Shown here: one piece after another, positions 11,362 through 20,967 of the stretch | Position numbering within the stretch: position 1 is the stretch's first letter | Layout: each line of letters opens with the position of its first letter | Assembly (NCBI GenBank): GCA_044344255.1 | Contig: JBIJDH010000003.1 | Coordinates: 32,001-96,000 of the forward strand | DNA: 64,000 nt | Reading direction: 5' to 3' | Source of the DNA: Myxococcota bacterium | GTDB taxonomy: Bacteria; Myxococcota_A; UBA796; UBA2385 | Program-made: the position numbers and the translations under genes | The notes under the pieces: model-generated | Told to the model about the DNA's origin: nothing | Database searches by the model: none | Seen by the model: only the letters and a program-made list of their open reading frames with translations

Positions 11362-12828
11362 ATGATCGGCGCCGTCCTGCTCCTGCTCACCCTCTCGCCT
11401 GCGGCCCGGGCGGGCGACGACGGCGTCACCCTGAGCCTGGCCGGGGGGTACGTCTGGACGGACCCCAACGAGAACCTGGAGTCCACCTGGACCGCGGTCG
11501 GGCGCCTCGGCTACACGCTGAACCGCCGCTGGACCCTCGAGGCCGACACCGGCTACCTGCAGGGCTACACCCGCGCCTGGGGGCACGGGTACGACGCGCT
11601 CACGCCGCGGCTCAACGTGCTGCTCAACCTCACCACGGAGGGGCCGGTCCAGCCCTACATCGCCCTCGGCGGCGGCACCATCTGGAAGAAGGTGCGGCGG
11701 GACGCCAACGTGTACGCCACCCAGGCGAAGGAGGGCGAAGACTGGGGCAACTACAAGAACCCTGACTCTGACTTCCAGATCGACGCCGGCCCCGGCACCC
11801 ACGTGCGCCTCGCCGGCCCGATCTCCCTTCGTGTCGACCTTCGGGCGATGGTCAACCTCGGCAGTGAGCCCCACGGCGACATCCCCGACGACTTCATCAA
11901 CTGGGAGCTCACCGCAGGATTCTGCTTCCGGGACGCCGAGCGCCGCCGCGACACCGACAAGGACGGCATCGTGGACCGCGTCGACGACTGCGTGGATCAG
12001 CCCGAAGACCGCGATGACTTCGAGGACGAGGACGGCTGCCCCGACAACGACAACGACGGCGACGAGATCGAGGACGCCGACGACGACTGTCGGGACGAGC
12101 CCGAAGACCGGGACCACTTCGAGGACAAGGACGGCTGTCCCGAGGAGGACAACGACAAGGACGGTATCCTCGATGAGGAGGACCGCTGCCGGACCGAGGC
12201 CGAGGACAAGGACGGGCACGAGGATCGCGACGGGTGCCCCGACGATGACAATGACGGCGACGGCATCGCCGACCTCGAGGACGGCTGCCCGAACCGCGCC
12301 GAGGACATCGACCAGTGGCGCGACGACGACGGCTGCCCCGACGAGGACAACGACGGCGACCGCGTCGCCGACCGGGTGGACGCCTGCCCGAACGTGCCGG
12401 AGGTCTACAACAAGGTCGATGACGAGGACGGCTGCCCCGACGACATCCCGCCGCCCCCGAAGGAGCTCGAGAAGTTCACCGGGGTCATCCACGGCATCAA
12501 CTTCAAGGTCAACAGCGACGAGATCACGGTCGACTCCTACCGGGTCCTCGATGAGGCCGCGGCGGTCTTCGTGAAGTTCAAGGACGCGCGGGTGGAGATC
12601 CAGGGCCACACCGACTCGGACGGCCAGGACGCCCGCAACCTCGAGCTCTCGGCCCGCCGCGCTCGCTCCGTGGTGACCTACCTCGTGCGCCGCGGGGTCG
12701 ACCCCGATCAGCTCGAGTGGGTCGGTTACGGAGAGACCCGCCCGCTCGTCCCCAACACCACGCAGTCGGCCAAGGCGGTGAACCGCCGGGTCGAGTTCCA
12801 CCTCCTCGACGCGCAGGCGCCCCCCTGA
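11362..12828 (+). CDS. OmpA family protein with a beta-barrel, TSP type-3 (DxDxDG/DGCPD) repeats and an OmpA-C domain
   Basis: Signal peptide, DGCPD.DNDGD repeats, and the motifs IQGHTD, LSARRA and NRRVEF. Confidence 0.92.
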   Translation: MIGAVLLLLTLSPAARAGDDGVTLSLAGGYVWTDPNENLESTWTAVGRLGYTLNRRWTLEADTGYLQGYTRAWGHGYDALTPRLNVLLNLTTEGPVQPYIALGGGTIWKKVRRDANVYATQAKEGEDWGNYKNPDSDFQIDAGPGTHVRLAGPISLRVDLRAMVNLGSEPHGDIPDDFINWELTAGFCFRDAERRRDTDKDGIVDRVDDCVDQPEDRDDFEDEDGCPDNDNDGDEIEDADDDCRDEPEDRDHFEDKDGCPEEDNDKDGILDEEDRCRTEAEDKDGHEDRDGCPDDDNDGDGIADLEDGCPNRAEDIDQWRDDDGCPDEDNDGDRVADRVDACPNVPEVYNKVDDEDGCPDDIPPPPKELEKFTGVIHGINFKVNSDEITVDSYRVLDEAAAVFVKFKDARVEIQGHTDSDGQDARNLELSARRARSVVTYLVRRGVDPDQLEWVGYGETRPLVPNTTQSAKAVNRRVEFHLLDAQAPP

Positions 12829-15314
12829 GCGCCCCGTCGAGAGAGGCGCTGCCGATCGACGAGGTGCTGCCTGCGCTCCAGGCCGCGCTCGCGGTCGCCC
12901 CCTGCGCCGTGCTGATCGCGCCGCCTGGCTCTGGCAAGACGAGCCGCGTCCCCGGCGCCCTGCTCGACGGCGGTCTGCTCGGGGCGGGGCGGGTGGTGAT
13001 GCTGCAGCCGCGCCGGGTCGCCGCGCGGCTCGCCGCGCGCCGCATCGCCAGCGAGCGGGGGGTCGAGCTGGGCCAGGAGGTCGGCTACCGCGTGCGCTTC
13101 GAGGACCGCACCAGCCCCCGCACCCGCATCGAGGTCGTCACCGAGGGCGTGCTCACCCGCCGCATCCAGTCCGACCCCTTCCTCGACGGTGTCTCCGCCG
13201 TCATCCTCGACGAGTTCCACGAGCGGCACCTCGAGGGCGACCTCGCGCTCGCCCTCCTCGATCAAGTGCGTCGGGAGGCCCGCCCTGACCTGAAGCTGCT
13301 CGTGATGTCGGCCACGCTCGACCCTGCCCCCCTCGTGCGCTTCCTCGGACGGCGAGGGGAGCCCTGCCCGGTGCTGCGGGCCGAGGGGCGGCGCTACCCG
13401 GTAGAGCTCCTCTACGATCCGCGCCCAGACGAACGATACCTCCCCGAGCGTATCGCCTCGGCCGTGCGGGAGCTGCTGCGATCCAGCGAGGAGGGCCACG
13501 TCCTCGCCTTCCACCCCGGGGTGGGCGAGATCGACCGCGTGGCCGAGCTCCTCGGCGACCTCGCCGAGCGGGGCGTCGCGGTGCTCCCGCTGCACGGGCG
13601 CCTCAGCCTCGATGAGCAGGACCGTGCCCTCCGCCCCTCGGCCGCCCGCAAGGTGGTGCTCTCCACCAACATCGCTGAGAGCTCGGTGACCCTGGCCGGC
13701 GTGGTGGGGGTGGTGGACTGCGGGCTCCACCGCACCACCGTCTTCGATCCCGCCCTCGGCCTCGGCGCGCTGCAGACCCTCCCCATCTCCACCGCCTCGG
13801 CCGACCAGCGAGCCGGGCGCGCAGGCCGCACCGGGCCCGGCCTCTGCCGGCGCCTCTGGACCGCCGGTGAGCAGCGCCAGCGCCCCGCCGCGGACCTCCC
13901 CGAGGTCGCGCGGGCGGACCTCGCCGGCGTCACCCTCGAGCTCCTCGCCTGGGGGGTGTCCGACCTCGGCGCCTTCGGCTGGTACGAGGCCCCCCCGGAG
14001 GCCTCGCTCGAGCGGGCCCGAGCCCTGCTCCGCTCGCTCGGCGCCCTCAGCCTCGACGGCCTGACCGCGCTCGGGCGCGACCTCGCCCCGCTCCCGCTCC
14101 ACCCCCGCCTCGCCCGGGTGGTGGTCGAGGGACACCGTCGGGGCTGCTTGCGGGCCGCCGCCACCGCCGCCGCGCTGACGAGCGAGCGCGACCCTTGGGA
14201 GCGGGCGGGCCTCGCCGCGGACCTCTGCGATCGGGTGGGCTGGGTCGATCGGCGGGGCACCGGGGCCGACCCCCGCGCCCTCCACACCGTGAAGGAGACC
14301 CGCGATCAGCTCGTGCGGGTGGCCCTCTCCGCCCTCGGCCCGGCTCGCCGGGAGGTCGAGGCCTCCGACGAGGCGATCGTGCGCTGCCTGCTCGCCGGCT
14401 TCCCCGATCGGGTGGGCCAGCGGCGCACCGAGGGCGGCGGCCGCTTCCGCCTCGCCGACGGGCGGGGGGCGGCGCTCGGCCCGGGCGTCGAGGTCGGCGC
14501 GGCCCCCCTCCTGCTCGCCGCCGGCCTCGAGGGCTCGAGCCGCGGCCCCGACGCCATCATCCGCCTCGCCGCGGTGGTGGAGGAGGGTTGGCTGCCGGTT
14601 GAGGTTGTCACGACCTGCCTCTTCGACCCCGAGCGCCAGGCGGTGGTCGCCCGCGAGGAGACCCGCTTCGGCGCGCTCCTGCTGCGGGAGCGCCCCTCCC
14701 GAGAGGCCGCCGATCCGGCCGCGGTGGCGGCGCTCCTCGCCGCGGCGGCCCTCGAGCGAGGCGGGGCCCTCGATCTCGAAGGGGAGGGGGGCGCCTTGCT
14801 CGACCGCCTGCGCTTCCTCGCCGGTGCCCTGCCCGAGCTCGGCCTCCCCGACTGGTCGGCCGACCTCCACGAGCTCATCCCCGAGCTCTGCCTCGGTCGG
14901 CGCTCGCTCTCGGAGCTCCGCGGCCTCGATCTCAGCCGAGAGCTGCTCGGCCGGTTGACCTACGCCCAGCGAGAGGCCCTCGACCGCGAGGCCCCCGCGT
15001 CGCTGACGGTGCCGAGCGGCGCCCAGGCCTCCATCGACTACAGCCAGCGGCCGCCCGTGCTCTCGGCGCGGGTGCAGCAGCTCTTCGGCATGAAGGAGAC
15101 GCCGCGGATCGCGCAGGGGCGGGTGGCGTTGATGGTGCACCTCACGGCGCCGAACAACCGGCCGGTGCAGGTCACCCGCGATCTATCGAGCTTCTGGGCG
15201 AACACCTACGCGGAGGTCCGCAAAGACCTGCGGGGGCGATACCCCCGGCACGCCTGGCCGGAGGACCCGACCACCGCCATCCCCGAGAACCGCCCCGCCC
15301 GCAGGCCGCGCTGA
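12825..15314 (+). CDS. hrpB: ATP-dependent RNA helicase HrpB (start codon uncertain)
   Basis: Motifs APPGSGKT, QPRRVAAR, DEFHER, MSAT, STNIAESS and QRAGRAGR, and a C-terminal RGRYPRH.WPEDP. Confidence 0.93.
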   Translation: MSAPSREALPIDEVLPALQAALAVAPCAVLIAPPGSGKTSRVPGALLDGGLLGAGRVVMLQPRRVAARLAARRIASERGVELGQEVGYRVRFEDRTSPRTRIEVVTEGVLTRRIQSDPFLDGVSAVILDEFHERHLEGDLALALLDQVRREARPDLKLLVMSATLDPAPLVRFLGRRGEPCPVLRAEGRRYPVELLYDPRPDERYLPERIASAVRELLRSSEEGHVLAFHPGVGEIDRVAELLGDLAERGVAVLPLHGRLSLDEQDRALRPSAARKVVLSTNIAESSVTLAGVVGVVDCGLHRTTVFDPALGLGALQTLPISTASADQRAGRAGRTGPGLCRRLWTAGEQRQRPAADLPEVARADLAGVTLELLAWGVSDLGAFGWYEAPPEASLERARALLRSLGALSLDGLTALGRDLAPLPLHPRLARVVVEGHRRGCLRAAATAAALTSERDPWERAGLAADLCDRVGWVDRRGTGADPRALHTVKETRDQLVRVALSALGPARREVEASDEAIVRCLLAGFPDRVGQRRTEGGGRFRLADGRGAALGPGVEVGAAPLLLAAGLEGSSRGPDAIIRLAAVVEEGWLPVEVVTTCLFDPERQAVVAREETRFGALLLRERPSREAADPAAVAALLAAAALERGGALDLEGEGGALLDRLRFLAGALPELGLPDWSADLHELIPELCLGRRSLSELRGLDLSRELLGRLTYAQREALDREAPASLTVPSGAQASIDYSQRPPVLSARVQQLFGMKETPRIAQGRVALMVHLTAPNNRPVQVTRDLSSFWANTYAEVRKDLRGRYPRHAWPEDPTTAIPENRPARRPR

Positions 15315-15344
15315 CAGGGGAGGACACTCCAGGTTTGGGCCCAG

Positions 15345-17207
15345 CTATCCGGGGTTTGAGGCCGAACATGCGGCGTCGCCGCAGAAGTGTTCCACGACGC
15401 CAGGGTCTGCCGGGTCGAGGAAGCGGAGGGTCTGCGCCTTCGTGCCCTCGTAGTGCCGCGGCTCGTCGTGGGCGTAGGTCTTCGGGCTCGGGCGGTTGGT
15501 GCCGTCCTGGGGCGCCTTCTCGGGGTCGAACTGGGAGAGGGCGGGGCCCTGGAGGGGGGCTGGCGAGGCCGTCAGGCTGTCGGGCGTGGTGGCCGAGGGG
15601 TCGAGCAGGCGCATCCCGACGCTGCGCGCGAGGAGCTCGGTCGTGAGGTTCGGCACCTGATCGTCGTGGATCGCCTCCTGCCAGAGCAGGCTCCGCCCCT
15701 GGAGCTCGGGGACGAAGCTCGCAGGATCGGCCTCGTCCCAGAAGAGCTGGCTGGCGGCGTACAGGAGCTGGCGGTCATGAGGGGAGGGGACACCTTGGGT
15801 CAGCAGCGCCTCGAAGGTGGGCCAATTGCTCGACCGTTCGAGCATCGTCGACCAGGCCGAGCCGCCGACATGCAGCACGCCGTGCTCGATGCGGTCGTTG
15901 TTGGCCAGCATCACCGCCCCCTCGATGCCGCCGAGGCTGATGCCGTAGTACCAGAGCCGGCTCGGGTCGGCCTTGCCCATGAACAGGTCGTCATCGAGCA
16001 GGTCACCCTCGAGGGCGAGGCGGGAGAGGGCGATGGTGTTGCCCACGCCTTGGCTGAGCTTGTCGGTGAGCTCGGGGATCCGCCCGAAGTCATCGCCGAC
16101 GGCGATGGCGGTGGGGGTGTCCTTGTAGGTGAGGCCCCGCCAGGTGGTGGCGAGGATGATGGCCCCGGCCCGGTTGGCGAGCTCGACGAGGGCGGCCGAG
16201 TCCTCGTCATTGACGTAACGATCGGGCTCTCCGAAGATGCCGTGGCCGAAGAGCCAGACGGGGACGGTGCCCGGCTCGGCCTCGCGCACCGCGTCGGGGA
16301 GGTAGGCGTAGAGCTCAACCTCGGCCGGCTCGGACAGGCGGGGGAGCCCCTCGGCGTCGAGGGAGAAGGAGACGTCACCCTCGAGCCAGTTGTCGGCGGT
16401 GAAGCGGCCCTCAGCCCGCCGCCAGACCCCGGGCGGCAGGGTGTCGCCCGCGTCGGTGTCCTGGACGGTCCGCCAGGCCCAGGTGGTGGGGGTGGAGACG
16501 GTGGCGGCGATCTCCCGGGTGGGGGTGGCGCCCTCGCCGATCGGGAAGTCGACCGCAACGGCGATGTTGTTGACGCCGAGCGACTGGAGCGCCTCGCTCA
16601 GGTCCTGGTAGTGCTCGTTCCGGCCCTCGAGCCCGGTGATGAGGTCGCCCGAGAGCATGGCGTCGAACCAGAGGGGGGGCTGGAGCTCAGCGCCGGTGGT
16701 CGTGCGGGCCGCGCTGGTGACGACGACCGAGACGGTGTGCCCGACGGTCATCACCTCGAGCGGGCGGACGATGAGCGTGGGCACCTCGGTGTTGTCGGGC
16801 CAGGCGTCGACCTCGGCGAAGCAGCGGAGGCGGGTCCCGGTGGTCAGGTCCCAGAGCTGGACGCTGTCCGGCTCGCCGCCCCCGTCGAGGCCGGGGAGGG
16901 AGGCGGGATCGAGGGGCTCGTCGGTCTCGAAGACGGTGGTCTGGACCACGCTGAAGCCCCGCCGCCACTGGAGCCGCTCGACCGGGAAGGGGGTGCCGCC
17001 CTCGGCCTGGGGGAGGGCGTCCTCGGGGATCGCGAGGTGGCCGCCCTCATCGACGAGCTCGGCGCTGGGGAAGGCCATGCCGAGGCGCCGCTCGCCCACG
17101 GGCGCTGGGCTGGGCTCGGACTTGTCCCCCGCGCAGGCGACGAGCGCGCCCGCGGTGACGAGGGCGGCGGCGATCTGTGAGCGCTGGGAGAGCTGGGAGA
17201 TCGGCAT
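15345..17207 (-). CDS. Lipoprotein with a putative alpha/beta-hydrolase domain
   Basis: Lipobox LVAC, FGHGIFG, nucleophile elbow GISLGG, DDQVPN and a late His. Confidence 0.7.
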   Translation of the reverse strand: MPISQLSQRSQIAAALVTAGALVACAGDKSEPSPAPVGERRLGMAFPSAELVDEGGHLAIPEDALPQAEGGTPFPVERLQWRRGFSVVQTTVFETDEPLDPASLPGLDGGGEPDSVQLWDLTTGTRLRCFAEVDAWPDNTEVPTLIVRPLEVMTVGHTVSVVVTSAARTTTGAELQPPLWFDAMLSGDLITGLEGRNEHYQDLSEALQSLGVNNIAVAVDFPIGEGATPTREIAATVSTPTTWAWRTVQDTDAGDTLPPGVWRRAEGRFTADNWLEGDVSFSLDAEGLPRLSEPAEVELYAYLPDAVREAEPGTVPVWLFGHGIFGEPDRYVNDEDSAALVELANRAGAIILATTWRGLTYKDTPTAIAVGDDFGRIPELTDKLSQGVGNTIALSRLALEGDLLDDDLFMGKADPSRLWYYGISLGGIEGAVMLANNDRIEHGVLHVGGSAWSTMLERSSNWPTFEALLTQGVPSPHDRQLLYAASQLFWDEADPASFVPELQGRSLLWQEAIHDDQVPNLTTELLARSVGMRLLDPSATTPDSLTASPAPLQGPALSQFDPEKAPQDGTNRPSPKTYAHDEPRHYEGTKAQTLRFLDPADPGVVEHFCGDAACSASNPG

Positions 17208-17300
17208 CGCTGGCCCTCTGGGTGCGGGGGCTCCTAACGGCGGCCGGGCTCGACCGCCCCCGGTCGGCCCTCCGCGGAGGGGGGATGGGCGGTTACCGGC

Positions 17301-17372
17301 AGTGGGCTGAGTGGGCTGAGCGGGCTGAGTGGGCTGAGTGGGCTGAGTGGGCTGAGTGGGCTGAGTGGGCGG
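17301..17372 (+). repeat. 9-bp VNTR (agtgggctg) x8
   Basis: Eight consecutive units read directly, two with substitutions, ending at the RBS of the downstream ALDH. Confidence 0.95.
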
Positions 17373-17383
17373 AGGGTGCAGCG

Positions 17384-18856
17384 ATGAACGGACAGGCCGG
17401 GTTGAACTTCGGGCAGGATCTCGCCAACTACATCGACGGGGCCTTCGTCCCTCCTGAGTCGGGGGCCTGGTTCGACAACATCGACCCTGCGCGCGCGCGC
17501 CGGATCGGCGGCGTACCGCGATCGGGGCCTGGCGACGTGGACCGCGCCGTCCGAGCGGCGAAGGCGGCGATGAGCGGGCCCTGGTCGCGCTTCACGGCGG
17601 GTCAGCGGGCTGACCTGCTCGACCGGGTCTCCGCCCGCCTCGCGGCGCGGGCCCCCGAGCTCGCCCGCCTGGAGAGCGAGGACACCGGCAAGCCGATCCG
17701 CGTGGCGAGCACCGTCGATATCCCTCGCGCCGTCGATAATTTCCGGTTCTTCGCGGGTGCTTTGCGGCACACCCGCACAGACTGTCACGCCACCGAGGGG
17801 GCCCTCAACTACACGCTGCGGCGCCCGGTGGGGGTCTGCGCGCTCATCACGCCCTGGAACCTCCCCTTGTACCTGCTCACCTGGAAGGTGGCTCCTGCGC
17901 TGGCGATGGGCAACGCGGTGGTGGTCAAGCCATCCGAGCTCACGCCGCGAACGGCCTCCGCCCTCGCGGAGGTGCTGCACGAGGAGGGCCTGCCGGCCGG
18001 CGTCTTCAACCTCGTGCACGGCACCGGCCCCGCCGTGGGCGCCCCGCTCACCGCGCACCCGCTTGTCTCCGCCGTCTCTTTCACGGGGGGCACCGCCACC
18101 GGCGCCCAGGTGGCGGCGGCGGCCTCGTCCACCTTCAAGAAGCTCAGCCTCGAGCTCGGCGGGAAGAACCCCACCCTGGTCTTCGCCGACTGTGACTTCG
18201 ATCGTACCGTCGAGGGCGCCGTGCGCGCGGGCTTCCTCAACCAGGGGCAGGTCTGCCTCTGCGGCTCCCGGCTCCTCATCGAGCGGCCGATCTACGAGCG
18301 CTTCCTCGCCGCCTTCGCCGCCCGGGTCGCCGCCATGAAGGTGGGAGATCCGGCCGATCCTGCCACAGAGCTCGGCGCCCTCGTCAGCGAGGCCCACCGG
18401 GAGAAGGTGGAGGGCTACGTCAACCTGGCCCGAGAGGAGGGCGGGCGGGTGCTCACGGGCGGCCTGCGGCCGCAGCTCGGCCCTGAGCTCGACCGAGGCG
18501 CCTTCCTCCGGCCCACGGTGGTCGACGGCCTCTCCCCCGCCTGCCGGAGCGCCACCGAGGAGATCTTCGGCCCCGTCGTCACCGCGCACCCCTTCGACAC
18601 CGAGGAGGAGGCCGTCGCCATCAGCAACAGCAGCCGCTACGGCCTCGCCGCCTCGGTGTGGACGCGCGACCTCGGCCGGGCCCACCGCGTCTCGGCGGCC
18701 CTGGAGACGGGGATGGTCTGGGTCAACACCTGGCTCAACCGCGACCTGCGCGTGCCCTTCGGCGGGATGAAGGACAGCGGGGTGGGCCGCGAGGGCGGCG
18801 AGTACTCGCTCGGCTTCTTCAGCGAAGCGCGGAACATCTGCGTGGCGCTGCCCTGA
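17384..18856 (+). CDS. 2-aminomuconate/2-hydroxymuconate semialdehyde dehydrogenase-like ALDH
   Basis: Motifs VDIPRAVDNFRFFA, PWNLPLYLLTWK, LELGGKNP, NQGQVCLCGSR and WVNTWLNRDLRVPFGG, typical of the HMSADH/ALDH8 group. Confidence 0.88.
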   Translation: MNGQAGLNFGQDLANYIDGAFVPPESGAWFDNIDPARARRIGGVPRSGPGDVDRAVRAAKAAMSGPWSRFTAGQRADLLDRVSARLAARAPELARLESEDTGKPIRVASTVDIPRAVDNFRFFAGALRHTRTDCHATEGALNYTLRRPVGVCALITPWNLPLYLLTWKVAPALAMGNAVVVKPSELTPRTASALAEVLHEEGLPAGVFNLVHGTGPAVGAPLTAHPLVSAVSFTGGTATGAQVAAAASSTFKKLSLELGGKNPTLVFADCDFDRTVEGAVRAGFLNQGQVCLCGSRLLIERPIYERFLAAFAARVAAMKVGDPADPATELGALVSEAHREKVEGYVNLAREEGGRVLTGGLRPQLGPELDRGAFLRPTVVDGLSPACRSATEEIFGPVVTAHPFDTEEEAVAISNSSRYGLAASVWTRDLGRAHRVSAALETGMVWVNTWLNRDLRVPFGGMKDSGVGREGGEYSLGFFSEARNICVALP

Positions 18857-18897
18857 GCGGGGCCGCCCCTGGGCTGGGGCGTGATAGGCCCGCGGCC

Positions 18898-19671
18898 ATG
18901 TCTGGTCCCCGCGCCGTCCGTCCGCCCCGCCCGCCCCGTGAGATGAAGGTCTCCGGGGTCAACGCCGTGCTCGCCCTCTGGCGGGCCCGCCCCGCCGATC
19001 TGGTGCGGCTCTACGTCCGGGAGGACCGCACCCGCGAGCTGGGCGCGGCGCTGCACGACTGCGCGGCGCGGAAGATCGCCTACCATATGGTGACGGACGA
19101 AGACCTCGACAAGCTCTCCGAGAGCACGCACCACGAGGGGGTCGTCGCCCTCTGTCGCCTCCCTCCGCTGGTCGGGGACGCCGCCCTCCTCGAGCGCCTC
19201 GACGCCCGCGATCGGCGGCGCGAGGTCCTTCTCTGGCTCGACGGCGTGGGCAACCCGCACAACGTGGGCGCGCTGCTCCGCACCGCGGCGCACTTCGGCG
19301 TCGCCGCCGTGCTCGGGGTGGAGGGAGAGATGCCGGGCATCTCCCAAGCGCTGCTGCGGGTCTCGGAGGGGGGCGCCGAGCAGGTGCCGATCAGCCGCCT
19401 CGCGGACCCCGGGGGCACCCTCGATGCCCTGCGCGAGCGGGGCTACGTCCTCTTCGGCACCGACTCCCGCGCGGGGAATTCGCTCTACGGCGGGCGCCTC
19501 CCCGATCGCCTGATCATCGCGCTCGGCAACGAGGGGCAGGGGCTCTCTTCCCGCCTCGCCCGGCGCTGTGACCGTGTGCTGCACGTCCCCGGCAGCGGGC
19601 TCGTCGAGAGCGTGAACGTGGGCGTCGCCGGCGCCCTCATGCTCGGCGAGTGGTGGCGGCAGGGCGCTTAG
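18898..19671 (+). CDS. TrmH/SpoU family RNA methyltransferase
   Basis: SPOUT motifs HEGV, NPHNVGALLRTA, GNEGQGL and ESVNVGVA. Confidence 0.9.
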   Translation: MSGPRAVRPPRPPREMKVSGVNAVLALWRARPADLVRLYVREDRTRELGAALHDCAARKIAYHMVTDEDLDKLSESTHHEGVVALCRLPPLVGDAALLERLDARDRRREVLLWLDGVGNPHNVGALLRTAAHFGVAAVLGVEGEMPGISQALLRVSEGGAEQVPISRLADPGGTLDALRERGYVLFGTDSRAGNSLYGGRLPDRLIIALGNEGQGLSSRLARRCDRVLHVPGSGLVESVNVGVAGALMLGEWWRQGA

Positions 19672-19674
19672 GCG

Positions 19675-20655
19675 ATGTCGCCCGCGCCGCTGCGCCTACC
19701 GGCCGATCTCCGGTCGGAGGGCTGGGTGGGCTACCAGGCCCCCCCTGGCCACGAGGAGCGCCTGATCGCCGACCTCGGCGACCAGGGGCAGTGGTTCGGC
19801 CCGCTCTACCTCGTGCCGGGGGGGTACCGGCCCTGCCCTTGGGCGGCCAACGTCTGGCTCGAGCCCGAGCTCCTGCCGATCCGCTCGGTCGGAGACGCAG
19901 CGAAGCAGCTCCGGGCGAAGCAGCGCAGCTGGTGGCCGCTCTCGGTGTCCTCTCACCGCCGCCTCGCCCTCATCACCGAGGCCCTCCCGCACGTCTCGGC
20001 CAAGCCGCTCCGCTTCGGCGAGGCCGCTCGTCGGAGCCCGCTGGGCGCCTTTACGCTGATCGACGAGGGCTTGTTGCTCGCCTCGGCCCGCTGCTCGAGC
20101 CCCTTCCCGAACGGGGACCTCCACCTCGTCGAGGACCGCGAGGGGCCGCCGAGCCGGGCCTACCTCAAGCTGTGGGAGGCGCTGACCCGCCTCGGCCGGG
20201 CCCCCACCGCAGGCGAGACCTGCCTCGAGCTCGGCGCCTGCCCCGGCGGCTGGACTTGGGTGCTGCTCGGCGGTGGGGCCGAGGTCACCGCCGTCGATCG
20301 CTCGCACCTTGATCCCCGCCTGATGGGCCACCCCCGCCTCGAGTTCGTGCAGGGGGACGCCTTCGCCCTTCACCCGGATCGCTGCCCGCGGGCCTGGGAC
20401 TGGCTGTTCTCCGACGTGATCTGCTACCCGGAGCGCCTCTACGAGTTCGTCACCGCCTGGATCGCCTCGGGGCGCGTCTCGAACTTCGTGTGCACGTTGA
20501 AGTTCCAAGGCGATGACCACTACGGCGTCATCCGCGACTTCGCGGCGATCCCCGGAGGGCATGTGCTGCACCTCTCTCACAACAAGCACGAGCTCACCTG
20601 GATGCGGCTCGATCCGGCGGTCGAGCCCCTCGGGGCGCTCCCCGCCTCCCGCTAG
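19675..20655 (+). CDS. FtsJ-domain SAM methyltransferase, RlmM-like
   Basis: Motifs PSRAYLKLWEA, LELGACPGGWT, WLFSDV and TLK. Confidence 0.8.
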   Translation: MSPAPLRLPADLRSEGWVGYQAPPGHEERLIADLGDQGQWFGPLYLVPGGYRPCPWAANVWLEPELLPIRSVGDAAKQLRAKQRSWWPLSVSSHRRLALITEALPHVSAKPLRFGEAARRSPLGAFTLIDEGLLLASARCSSPFPNGDLHLVEDREGPPSRAYLKLWEALTRLGRAPTAGETCLELGACPGGWTWVLLGGGAEVTAVDRSHLDPRLMGHPRLEFVQGDAFALHPDRCPRAWDWLFSDVICYPERLYEFVTAWIASGRVSNFVCTLKFQGDDHYGVIRDFAAIPGGHVLHLSHNKHELTWMRLDPAVEPLGALPASR

Positions 20656-20967
20656 GCGGCGCGGCGAGGCGCGATGGGGCGAGGGGGGCTTACCCTTCGA
20701 GGGGAGCCCACGGCCGCGTGAAAGCGATCGAAAGCGACGAGGGTTCCGCCACGGGAGCGTGGAACACCTTGCGTTCGAGCGTTAACTTTCGGGGTGTGTC
20801 GTCGGCTTTCCTATCCGACACCTGGGGGCGAGCTCCTGGGAGCCCGTACGGCGGGCCGCTATCTTTTCTTTCTAGGCCCTCCGTCTCCTCCGTACCCGGC
20901 ACGCCGGATCGCCCTCTTCGCGGGTCCGTCGCGACCGGGTACGGGGGAGGCCTCTCGGCGACCTCGG

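Noticed and set aside
11940..12450. Periodic Asp-rich repeats in the OmpA gene
   Set aside because: These are ordinary TSP type-3 calcium-binding repeats, common in this protein family.
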